From NCBI GenBank assembly GCA_003344405.1, contig NOWV01000018.1, positions 124,001 to 188,000 on the forward strand: a DNA stretch of 64,000 nt. The letters run 5' to 3'. This document shows, piece after piece, positions 38,854 through 50,100 of the stretch; within the stretch, counting starts at the first letter, position 1, and each line of letters begins with the position of its first letter. Position numbers and translations under genes: made by a program. A model generated the notes under the pieces. It searched no databases, was not told the DNA's origin, and saw only the letters and a program-made list of their open reading frames with translations. The stretch is from Trichoplax sp. H2 (Eukaryota).

Positions 38854-41800
38854 ATGTCAAACGCCTCATATGTCGATAAGGATGTCAATCTAAACTACCT
38901 TTATGATGAGGTACATATTTTACAAGTCTGGCAGAGCTATATTTTACGGGAACTGCAACAGGTGCGATTTTACGTTGGTCACACAGTTGATGGCACTTCA
39001 CAAGATGGTACCTTGTCGCATTTATTGGATAACATGTCTCTATCTGGAAGAAGCGGTGCGTTATTAGTCACTAGCGATGGTCAATTATATCAATGCGCTG
39101 ATTATTCTATTTCTATCTGCGGCGCTGTGAACTACGAAAGTAACATACAAGGCGGGTATGATGCAGTCACAAGCAATTTGGAAACCGTATTCAAACAAAT
39201 AATAGAATGGAATAATTTGAATCCAAGTGCTTCCATCATCTCACAAAAAATAATTTTTCCCCTTCAAACGCGTTATAACCATTGGACCTTAGGCTGTCTC
39301 ACACTAAACTTTTCAGGCCAATCTTTGCTCAATAAAGCTGAGATAAGCGTTTATGATCCATTTGGTGAAGGTAGTATCCGCGATTCGGTAAAGGTTAGAA
39401 TAGAAAATTTACTGAAAGAGGTCTTTAACTCCTCGGCCTCAAATGTTCAACTCGATATGAAGGATAATTCAGATCATATCAGACAACAATATGACGGTAC
39501 CTCTTGTGGCGCTATTACTGCAGAGAATGGTAAAGACTTGTTGAACGGCGGTAAGGAACGATTACAAAAGGAATACTACAATCATATATCGAGAAATGAT
39601 CTTCGCTTACGACATTTGAAAGAAGTCAATACTCCTCAATTTGCTCGAAGGCAATGGCAAGCACAATATAGTGATATAAAAGGCGATAAAGAAATCCAAA
39701 ACAAAGAACAAGTCAAGGAATCTTTGATAAAATGGATGAAAAATCTACAGGTCAAAGATAAATATAAAGTAAAGATGTCATTCAGAGCTTTATACAACAT
39801 TAGTAAAGAAATGATGAAAGATAAAGGAGAAAACCTGTTTAAAAGATTAGCTGTCTTACGGAAGAAAGAAAGGGAGAAACCGAATAAAAAAAATCAAAAA
39901 GAGTCAGGAAATGGCGAGACGAAAACACTAAATCAATCAGGTTTAATTACCGCAGAAATAAACGAGATAGAAAAATGCCTACACATACCATTCGGTAATC
40001 CGGGCCAACTTGATGCTTTATCTCAAACTGGTGTAGACCCTGCCAGATCGATATTGACCTATTTAAAAAAATTTTTTAATAATCATAAACAATCACTAGT
40101 TGAAGCTAATATTTATAGTTCAATTCTGGACGGCGCCAATCAATGGCAAGAAGGTAGCAGAAAATTTCTTGAGGATTTCTCCAAAACTTACGAAAATCAC
40201 AAAAACGCAGGTGTTGCATCCGCCGAAGGAACTGACCATCAAACCAGACAATTAAAATTAAAACTATTCTATTTCCCATCGCTAAATTCACTATTTCAGG
40301 ATTGTGGCTGCTCTGATGCAAGCTATATTCAAATAGAAAATGATATCACTACGATAAAGTCAGATGATGAAACTGCGATTAATCTTCTACGCAAACAGAT
40401 TATTCTTGAACTAAAAGACAAGACAGCCGGTCTTGGACAATGGGTTTGCACCGAAAGTAATTATCAAACTGGTGTTAAAGAACTGTTAGATGAGAAAATC
40501 ATTGCACAAGCCCAAATGTTCTCTCTAAGCTTTAGTCGAAAAGTGACAGACTTACTCGTTAAGAGTATCGATATATATTACCGAAGGCAAATTAGAGCAA
40601 AACCACATCCCCCGTCACAAACAGGGTCTGCTGGGACACACTTAGAAGAAAACGTGCAAGCCTACTTTTTAGCATACATGATTACCGGCACTGTAGATCC
40701 TATTTTAGAACGAGATGATTATGACAGTTTAACACTGCAGGCCGAACCCCAAGGGTTTAAAACAGACGATTTTGTTGTTACTTTTGGAAAAGAAAGTGAA
40801 GGAAATAGATCCCGTCTCGTATGCCAAGTTAAACGTTCCTTAAAGAATGGTCTTGGGAAAGCAATCAGCCAGGCCTGGGAGGATTTTGACAACCCACAAA
40901 AATTTAACCCCAAAAGAGACTATATTGTATTTGTGACCGAAACGTACTCAGGATTAGAGAATCTAAAACAAATGATAAAAGGAGTTCATTCATCGAGCGA
41001 CGATGTAAATCACTTTCGCAATAGCATTTTTGGAGAAGACGAGAAAGCATATAGTAATATTCATGACATTATCTTAGAAGAGGCATGCATAGATAGGCAT
41101 GACGGTCAGATTAATCAAAAAGTGTTCAATTTCTTACAAAGAGTAAAAATTTTAGAATTTACCCAAGGTCATATAAGTAATATCAAAACTATAATAGGCA
41201 ATTACAAAAATTGCAATACAGATGAAGCCCTAAAAACGTGGAACTCACTGTGTAAAGAAGTCGCCAAAGATAACGAAAGGGCTGGAATAATCACTCGCGA
41301 GCCCTTACCGGAACGCTATGAAAAACTCTTCGCTAAAATACAAATCGTCACTATATCAGACATAGATTTATTTGGAGAAGAAAACTTTCCACCAGTAAAT
41401 GATTATTTTACCGGCAGACAAAAGGACTTAATAAAAATGAAAGAGAAGCTATTCTCTCCAGATCCTAAAAAAAAGGAAGAAGAGAAAAAATTGCTCACCC
41501 TTCTAGGTTTAGGTGGAGTCGGAAAAACTTATTTAGCGCTGAAATTTCTTCATAACGCCAAAGACCACCACGAAAGCATAAAATGTAGACTATTTTTTAA
41601 CGCCGACGATGAGGAAACTTTAACCAATTCATACATTGAATTGGCTCGTCATCTAAATATTCTATCAGGAAACTTGCAAATAGTAAGTCAAATCAGGAAA
41701 GTCAAAGGATGGCTTTGTAATAATACAGGCTGGATCATTTTATTCGATAATGCAACAATGAAATATAAAGACCTCATTAAATACATACCTCAAAAGGGAG

Positions 41801-43599
41801 GGTATATTGTTATCACAACACGCTGCGATAGCTTTGATGTCAACAAAATCCAAATTGATATAATGACAATAGAGGATTCCATCGAACTACTGGAGAAGGA
41901 AATAGGAGATTTCGAAAATGTCCTTGAAATGAATAAAGATGAACTCAATGAACTAGTTCAATTACTTGACTGTTTACCTTTAGCACTTGTTCAAGCAGCA
42001 GGCTATATTAAATTTAAATACATGAAAATCAGAGCATATATCAACTTATATAAAGAGAACTATGAGAAGCGAAAAGAAATGCTGGAATTTAATACCCCGG
42101 AACGCCCTAATCAACATATCCCAGTTTATCTCACTTGGGATATGAGTTTCAATGTAATTAAAAACACAGACTATGCTGAAAATATTATAACACTGTGTGC
42201 CTATCTGTCACCTAATGGTATCCACGAATCACTCTTGCTTCCTCTAACAGAGGGAAATCACAAAGCTCTAGATGAAGTATTAAAGACTCTATTCAGTCTA
42301 TCATTGGTTAAAAGAATAGGATATGAAGTAATTAGCATTCACAAAGTTTTACAAGAGGTGATTCAAGTCAAACAAAGGCAAGACGAAAAACATAAGCAAT
42401 GGATCGAGAAAGCAATAGATATCCTTGCCGAGAAATTCAAATGGGACAGAAACAAAAAGGACTCTATCGATTTAGCTAAAAGTTTAATTGTCCACATTAC
42501 ATGCGCCTTAGATCTGGCCAAAGAAGCTAATCTTAATTCTAATAAAATAACGTTTTTATTACATAGAATTGGTGTCTACTATTTGGATATCGAAAGCCTA
42601 AACTCACTGGCTGAGGGCTATTTAAGGCGTTCGTTAGAGGGAAATACTGGCGACAGCGATATTAGGCAAAGAACATATCGACAACTATTTAAGTGTCTAA
42701 TTCGTGCAGAAAATTATACTGAAGCAAAAGAAATACTTGAAATAATTTTACCGGCAGACGAAAAAAATTATTCAATAGATGATCACTGCAATTTGGCTCT
42801 CTTATTAATGAATTCCAAAGGCGTACTAGTTGTCAAAGCTATCATTGGATACTTCACTTTACCGCCATCAAGGCATGGATCAGTCGAGATCTATTCGGGA
42901 CAGAAAAAGCGAGAACATTTAAAGGAAGCGCAAAAGCAACTAGGCGAGGCACGAAAAAAGATTGAAGAAAATAACAGTCATCAAAATGGGGCGGTACATG
43001 CCAAGGTACTTCATTACTCAGGCCTCTGTTTATATAAACAGAAGCAGTATAATGAAGCAAAAAGTTTTTTTGACAATTCCTTGAAACTAAAACGCGATTA
43101 TTACAATGAAGATCACTTTGAAATTGCTCGAACCCATCATGAAATTGGGCGTTGTTACTATATACAAAAGCAGTATGAAAACTCTATAAAAGAATTCGAC
43201 GAAGCTCTTAGAATCAGGCGAAAATATTATAATAGTACGCAAACATTATCCACTTTAATTTATTTAGCTAAGTCATATAAGAACACCGGTGAAGTAGAAA
43301 AGCGTAAACTGGCAATAACGCTATTAGAGGAAGGACTCAAAATTCAAGACAGATTAAAGCTTTCGCAAGATATTACATTGACATTGCTTGCAAAAATTTC
43401 TTTTGATTTAAAAAGAAGAGAGGATAGTATCCGTTACATTGAAAGAATAAGCAATAAAAGTAAATTATCTAGGGAACTCAAGTCCGTTGGCGAAACCGAC
43501 GTTATTAATTTTTCTAAACAAGAACCCAAACTCTCAACTGAAGAAGCCTTAACTGACAACTCCGAAAACACGGACAGTGTAGAAATATCCGATGATTAA
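38854..43599 (+). CDS. Intronless ~1580-aa NLR-like STAND protein: CE-clan/Ulp1-like protease + PD-(D/E)xK nuclease-like domain + NB-ARC + TPR repeats
   Basis: Single open frame (first ATG 38854). Protease motifs NHWTLG (His 39280), VYDPFG (Asp 39355) and QQYDGTSCG (Cys 39505). Nuclease-like motifs E..VQA, GFKTDDFVV and CQVKRSL. Walker A GLGGVGKT (41506), Walker B WIILFDNA, VITTR and CLPLAL. TPRs such as AKVLHYSGLCLYKQKQYNEAKSFFDNSLKLK and ARTHHEIGRCYYIQKQYENSIKEFDEALRIR. Confidence 0.88.
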   Translation: MSNASYVDKDVNLNYLYDEVHILQVWQSYILRELQQVRFYVGHTVDGTSQDGTLSHLLDNMSLSGRSGALLVTSDGQLYQCADYSISICGAVNYESNIQGGYDAVTSNLETVFKQIIEWNNLNPSASIISQKIIFPLQTRYNHWTLGCLTLNFSGQSLLNKAEISVYDPFGEGSIRDSVKVRIENLLKEVFNSSASNVQLDMKDNSDHIRQQYDGTSCGAITAENGKDLLNGGKERLQKEYYNHISRNDLRLRHLKEVNTPQFARRQWQAQYSDIKGDKEIQNKEQVKESLIKWMKNLQVKDKYKVKMSFRALYNISKEMMKDKGENLFKRLAVLRKKEREKPNKKNQKESGNGETKTLNQSGLITAEINEIEKCLHIPFGNPGQLDALSQTGVDPARSILTYLKKFFNNHKQSLVEANIYSSILDGANQWQEGSRKFLEDFSKTYENHKNAGVASAEGTDHQTRQLKLKLFYFPSLNSLFQDCGCSDASYIQIENDITTIKSDDETAINLLRKQIILELKDKTAGLGQWVCTESNYQTGVKELLDEKIIAQAQMFSLSFSRKVTDLLVKSIDIYYRRQIRAKPHPPSQTGSAGTHLEENVQAYFLAYMITGTVDPILERDDYDSLTLQAEPQGFKTDDFVVTFGKESEGNRSRLVCQVKRSLKNGLGKAISQAWEDFDNPQKFNPKRDYIVFVTETYSGLENLKQMIKGVHSSSDDVNHFRNSIFGEDEKAYSNIHDIILEEACIDRHDGQINQKVFNFLQRVKILEFTQGHISNIKTIIGNYKNCNTDEALKTWNSLCKEVAKDNERAGIITREPLPERYEKLFAKIQIVTISDIDLFGEENFPPVNDYFTGRQKDLIKMKEKLFSPDPKKKEEEKKLLTLLGLGGVGKTYLALKFLHNAKDHHESIKCRLFFNADDEETLTNSYIELARHLNILSGNLQIVSQIRKVKGWLCNNTGWIILFDNATMKYKDLIKYIPQKGGYIVITTRCDSFDVNKIQIDIMTIEDSIELLEKEIGDFENVLEMNKDELNELVQLLDCLPLALVQAAGYIKFKYMKIRAYINLYKENYEKRKEMLEFNTPERPNQHIPVYLTWDMSFNVIKNTDYAENIITLCAYLSPNGIHESLLLPLTEGNHKALDEVLKTLFSLSLVKRIGYEVISIHKVLQEVIQVKQRQDEKHKQWIEKAIDILAEKFKWDRNKKDSIDLAKSLIVHITCALDLAKEANLNSNKITFLLHRIGVYYLDIESLNSLAEGYLRRSLEGNTGDSDIRQRTYRQLFKCLIRAENYTEAKEILEIILPADEKNYSIDDHCNLALLLMNSKGVLVVKAIIGYFTLPPSRHGSVEIYSGQKKREHLKEAQKQLGEARKKIEENNSHQNGAVHAKVLHYSGLCLYKQKQYNEAKSFFDNSLKLKRDYYNEDHFEIARTHHEIGRCYYIQKQYENSIKEFDEALRIRRKYYNSTQTLSTLIYLAKSYKNTGEVEKRKLAITLLEEGLKIQDRLKLSQDITLTLLAKISFDLKRREDSIRYIERISNKSKLSRELKSVGETDVINFSKQEPKLSTEEALTDNSENTDSVEISDD

Positions 43600-45739
43600 C
43601 GTATTTAGACGCGATCATCTGCATACCCTGGAAAAAAATATTACAAAAAGACCTTCAATTTCACTCCATCCAATAAAATAACAGACGCAGTCGTTGCCAT
43701 AATTTCTCAATGATCAACTAATTTACGTAATTTAAAATAGAACCTTAGTCTGAAAAGATGACGCGCTACAACCTATTAATAGGTACACTTAATTTAAATC
43801 AAGCTAGCACCGTAAGGAAATTTTTTCACTATCCTATCTGAAGACTAGCATGGCAAGTTTAGAATAAGAATATAGAACAGAAAAAAAGTGATACAACACT
43901 AACCCATCACTATTCAGATATTTCGGACAATTTTTCTCCTACACTTATTTTACATTTGATCGTTATCATTACAATAAGCATATTCCGACGGTATAGTTTG
44001 TAATTGGTTCTATGACAAGAATTTGTGATCTATATCTTTTCGGTTCCCAACGCTATACAAATCGATGACTACAATTTATATATATAGACTGTCGTACTAT
44101 CATACTATGCTATCCTTTACAAGCACTATTGCAACTACTGGTAAATACATAACACTTAAGATTTTCTTCTTTTAGTCAAGTTTACAATACTTTAAATAAA
44201 CTGAAAATGAATAGACAAGTAAATGAAATAATGATGTCAGTTCTAGAATATACTTGTATGTTTTTTTCTCGGTGTCGTTGTCACACTATTAAGCTATGTG
44301 TATCAACTGTTATTAGTGATCACGCAATATTTGATCAGGTAATCATTCCTAAGAAACGTTTGGGTGCATATCAAGCCCAGTCGTAGAGAGATTTAGCATC
44401 TTTAGCCTTTGCCTGTACAAGACAAGAGTTAATTATATCTTCGATCTACATAAGATGCGAGCTCCAAAATCCAGTGTTTTAGGACTATCAGTAGCGAAAC
44501 ATATAAACCGGTGCTAAGTGGAACAACCTTTTATTGTATTAGTCTTAAAAAGGAATGATCTCATGTTTAATCATATTATTATCATCACTTATAAAAATGT
44601 AGTGAATAGGCTTGTCATAGAACTATAAGATAGTTATCACTAGATAACTTATCTTAAAATTTGCTGATAGCAATTTTATCTACGATTTTATTCATCAGTA
44701 ATGTTAGCTTGGTGTTTTGTAGCTAAACTATAAATTCGTTGATATTTCAATAAATTTGGATCTTATAGTTTAATCTGATTAGAGACATATGTCAACCATG
44801 AGTATATCTTCCTGAGATAGGGATAATCAGCACAGTATTTAGAGTAGCATAGAGACAGATGCCAGGAAGTGTACAATAGGTGCAGATTTGTTATTTTGAT
44901 ATCGTTGCAAACTTCAATTTGTAACAGGGCCATATTGGTTTAATGCCTAACAGATATTGGATTGATTAAGTGAGTGAAATAGCTGTCGTAGCAAATTTAA
45001 TGATAAAGGCAGGCTAATTGGATAAAATTGAAATATTTCACAACCGCGCTGGAAAGTATCCCTGCTAACTCCCAGCGGATATCATAGAGTTCTTGCTATC
45101 TCGTCCATCAGTTAGCGGCTCCGTAAATTGACCACAGACGCTAACTCAGTCAAGTCCGGTAATATTATGTGTACAGTAGTCTAGTGCGACGTCTGGAGAC
45201 AGGGACAAGGATTGCAATATATGGAATAATACCTGAGTTCTTAGAATCACAATCAATGGTAACTAGGGCAGTTCTTGTAAATGCAATACTGATAGAACCT
45301 TATCCTTCTAAATATTATTGACTTCATTAATAAATGTAATTTAGTATATCTCATTAGAAGCAAAACGTTCATGTTGATGAATTAATTTATAAATACAATA
45401 CTGATTTGTCATGGAACACCTTTTCATTTTTTGCTACCATAAAGTTGGATATACGCGTATTAAGAACATATATACAGTACGTAGTTGTGATTATGATATT
45501 AGTAATGGTATGAATGGCACATGACTACTAATTTAAAAATGACCAAGTCCATCTCGATAAGCATGCTTTTGCATGAAATAATATCTACATTGATGCTTAA
45601 TCAATCCTAACTCAGTAATAAGTTGAATTCACGATATATAGCAATAGCAAATATTGTAGTGTAGTATTATAAATGATTGGATCCATGGCATAACTTCGTA
45701 AACCAACTCTATTCTACTATAGCGCTGCATAGTATACTG

Positions 45740-47040
45740 TTCCGAATTTTCATGTTAACATTAATTACACAATGCATTTTTTGTCTTTAAATCTGAAAGA
45801 GTAACGAAAATGACCTTTACTTGTAAGGCTTTGATTCACAATAACAGATAGCTAACATTGTCAGATTTGATATCCTACTCATCAGCTACTTAAATTTTAT
45901 TACGAGATACTAGTCTAATGTAAACTGCATCTTAAAATTAATTTCCTCTTAATAATGCAAACACAAGAATTCTTAAAGCTTTCAACATGAATCAATTAAC
46001 ATCATATTCAGATTCTAATACATCATAATCTTACACCGTAATTAATAATGCTATACATCATACCTTTTTCATACATTTCGTTTCACATTAAACATTATTG
46101 CACATGTAAACTCCCTCAATTATAGTGGTTTATTTAAGCCAATAGACAGGAGTATCACAATAGTGTTTCGTTTACTTGCATCGTATAGTAAGAAAGTGGC
46201 ACAGGTGTAATTTCCGCTTACTGCGACCGACCATACAATAAAGTAATTTTACTGGTGACTGATACCAAAATCAGAAATCACGAATATAAGTAACCGACTA
46301 AAGGAAACGTAAAGGGAAAATTTATACTAAATTACTAAAGAAAAGAATGATAAATGTAGAAATTAGTAGTAGATTTAATACTGTAGTCCAGACTGGGGGC
46401 ATAATTAACGAATTCTACACTATAGTATCCCGCTAAGTACTGTTGTATACTGTACAAGTGTACATCAAGCAGATATAATCGTTCGTGAAAGTAGCTGGGA
46501 CTACTGTACTAAAGGAAAGAGAAAGATAGAATAGAATTAGCAATAGATTCATTATGCTGTACCTGATTTTCATATTAAGGTTAATGCACAATATATTTAC
46601 TATGTCTTTAAAGTCCGATAGAGTGACAAAAGTGACCCTTTTCTTGAAAGCTTTAATTCACAATAACTGAACGAAAATGGTCAGACTCGATATTTTACTC
46701 ATACAATTAATTAATTTTATTAAGAGATACTGGTCCAGTGTAAACAGCATTCTAAAATTAAATTTCCTCTAAAAATGCAAGCACAAGAATTCTTAAAAAC
46801 TTTCGACAGGAATCAATTAATACCGTATTTAGATTCTAGTATATATTATAATCTTACACCGTAATTAAGAATACTATATACCGCTTCTGTCATACATTTC
46901 ATTTCACATTAAACATTTTCTTGCATATGCAATGGCTGTCAATTACAGTGGATCATTTAAGCTAACAGATATCATGCAATACCGTAAATTTACTGGATAT
47001 CAAATCAAAAATTACCAACATAAGAAATCAATTATTTTTA
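45740..47040. repeat. Diverged direct duplication (about 45740-46290 and 46580-47040) of the region 3' of HAL
   Basis: Shared collinear blocks ATTCACAATAAC, GAGATACT.GTC, CACAAGAATTCTTAAA, ATAATCTTACACCGTAATTAA and TTTCACATTAAACATT in both copies. Confidence 0.85.
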
Positions 47041-47135
47041 GTAAGGGTATAAATAAAGTTTTTTCCTCAATAAAATTACGATATTCATCGGCGAATTAAT
47101 TTCAAGAAATTAAGCACAGACTGGCTCGAAGGCAC

Positions 47136-50100
47136 TTATGGCTCTACTGCAGAATTGTATTTTTCCACATAAGGTTCTACAGCCTCCCAGACCTAAACAT
47201 TACCAACACAAGGACTCATTTACTCACAGCGAGCAATAACCGTTAAATTTATACTACAATACTAACTCGTAGCATTTATTTCCTCAATGATTAAAATGCT
47301 TATTAATAACGAAATTGAATGCGAAAGTTAGCGCGAAGGTATTTACCTTATTTTCTTTAAGCAACCTCGTAGCGGCTTCTATATCAGGAGAAATATATCT
47401 ATCCTTGTCCCAAGACCTAAAAAATATTAAAATTGGCGTAATCATCGTAACTTTCATTCGTTTATTATAAGTAGATTTGCTACTTTTCATTTTATAACTC
47501 ACTTGACTACACTGCGCACCAAAGCATGTACTTTTTCTAAAGGTTCTGTTGTCTTGAGAGGGCGTTGTAAATCGATTGCTTGACAAGCAGCGAGCAATTC
47601 AATAGCAACAACCTGTTCAACGTGCTCAACTACCTGTAATGCTTTCCTAGCAGCAAAACCTCCCATTGATACATGGTCTTCTTGGGCAGCAGAAGTTGAA
47701 ATGGAATCAACGGACGAAGGATGGGTTAGAACTTTATTTTCCGAAACTGAAAAGACAAGTAATACAAGTTAGCAGCTATTGAAAGTAGTCTTTGAAAATT
47801 TTACTCTATTATCACATATAATAACCAAATATAATCAACACCCAAATAAAGTAAAAAAATGTAGCAACTATGAATTACGTTCTGTATTGCTAGTACATAT
47901 ATCAACGGAGCGACATGATCCATTAAAGTATTACCTAACGCGGCTGCAGTACAGTGAGCAATCATAAAACCTGAAATAAAATATAATATTATACTCATAT
48001 ACATAACATGTTAATAGTCAGCTAAAAGGAGAACAAATCATACAGCAATTTTACGCGTAATACCGGAATTTAGGCCGCCCTCTTTAACAAGAAAAGCAGG
48101 AAGATCGTTCAGTCCTATAATAGATAACACATGGGAAAAAGTAATAGTACACCGCTAGTTAATATTTAATATCATGAGATTTTTAGTTTAGACGATAGTC
48201 TTGATAGTCAATCTAATTAATAACTGATGTTTAGAGTAGTTGGCTGTTGCGAAATGTACGCACGACGTTGTTGCTAGCAATGACGTAGCTTACCAGGATT
48301 TAGCATCCTCTCAATTCTTCGTTCGCTAATATTTGCAAGTTCGTGAACGCCAATTGCAAGATAGTCTAACATCTAACGTTATAATAAGTATGAACAATTA
48401 CTGGCATAGCAATTTCAGAATAACAACAGAGGACGCAGAATCATAAATTCAAAGTTCCATGTAAATCTAGAAATGATCCTAAATACTATGTTCCTACTAT
48501 CAATGAATACGTGTATATCAATTATATAGTACAATTTACCTTTGCAGGATATTCCCCGTGAAAATTTCCTCCAGATATTATTTCTCGATTTTTCCAAAAA
48601 ACAATCTACGATATAAATGCTCAGGAATTTTATCCGCTCAATTTCTAAATTCTACAACGGGTTTTATCATTTATAACTCAGCGATGAACATCAAAAAAGT
48701 CCGTACAGAATAAATTAATTTCAAGATTTTAAGGATACAGGGTTATCAGTGGCACTATTCATTTCGTTTGTTATTGTTTCGCTAACAAATTTTATCGTAT
48801 CATGAACAACCCCATGTACTTGCGGTATACACCGTAGGGAATAACAGTCTTGAACACGCGCGTAATCATTTTCATCGCCTGTAGTTGCATTAATCATTTT
48901 AAGACTTAAACGCTAGTAGAATTGATTAACATTACAATGCACTCCCTCTAATATCTTCAATTGTTACGTTTATATTCCTAACATTATAATTTAATAATTT
49001 AGACTACAATTTACTCACTTGTTAATCCAGATGGGTACATAGAAGAACGTAAGACGGCCCTTAATCTAGCCGCAACTTCATTTTGACCTTTATGGAGCCG
49101 AACAGCGTGCAGCTTGGGATCAAAAGCTTTAACAATTCCTTTCAGGCTTTCTAAAGTGAGGGCAGCTACAATATCTGCTTGACGAGCAATCCTTTGGGCA
49201 CGGTAAACAGCTAATAACAACATAAAAATCAATATGGAATAAATTTAAGTATATTTTTAACGGTAACATTTACAAATCGTAAATGTCATAATATTATAAA
49301 AGTATGAGAACGACATCACACTAGCGAAATAGTTCAAGCATTATGTCATGTAATCATGGTAAAGCATAAATAGAGTATAAAAATTTACCAGTACATCCAA
49401 CAGAAGTTATTAATTGAGTGCCGTTGATCAATGCCAATCCCTATAAAGATAAAATAATTTTCATTGTACATATATATTCTCGATATTCATCTCCAAAAGC
49501 CAATCATTAATAAATTGTATAACATTACATCCATACATCCAACAAAGTCTAACAAGATTTACCTCTTTAGGTCCGAGATTGACCGTCTTAAGACCATGAA
49601 ATTTTAGGACCTAAAAAAATATATTTAATATTAAAAATTTATGGCAGAGCTAATATCGATATGTATAATTAATTCAAAACTGTCGTAGGACCATCTTAGA
49701 TCTCCATTTGCAGTCAAAATTCGCTTAATGCTACCACAGGTCAATAGTCAGAGGAGGTTATTGATTGTGTGGATTAGCTCTGTATGTAAGAACATGTCTT
49801 AAATACCGCAACGTGGATACTAAAATAACTCACTAATTTCACTAAACTTTTAAAACATTGCGAGTATTATAACTAAAAATTTCGATAACACGAATAATAA
49901 CATAATCTGTCTACTGCATGCGAAATACCGAGTGTGTAAGGTATCTCTAAGCGAGTATAATCTGGAAAGGGACAAGAGGAATACATTGCAAATTAGACAA
50001 ACTATCATAACCAGCAAACATGTACCACAACTGCACTGAGTAAACCTTCATGTACTGAAATGGTCATCTAGATTAGGTAACGGATTAAGGGAATTCGACT

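Noticed and set aside
38854-43599. The large ORF as a transposase or retroelement protein
   Set aside because: No RT, integrase, DDE or Rep/helicase motifs, and no clear terminal repeats or target-site duplication around it.
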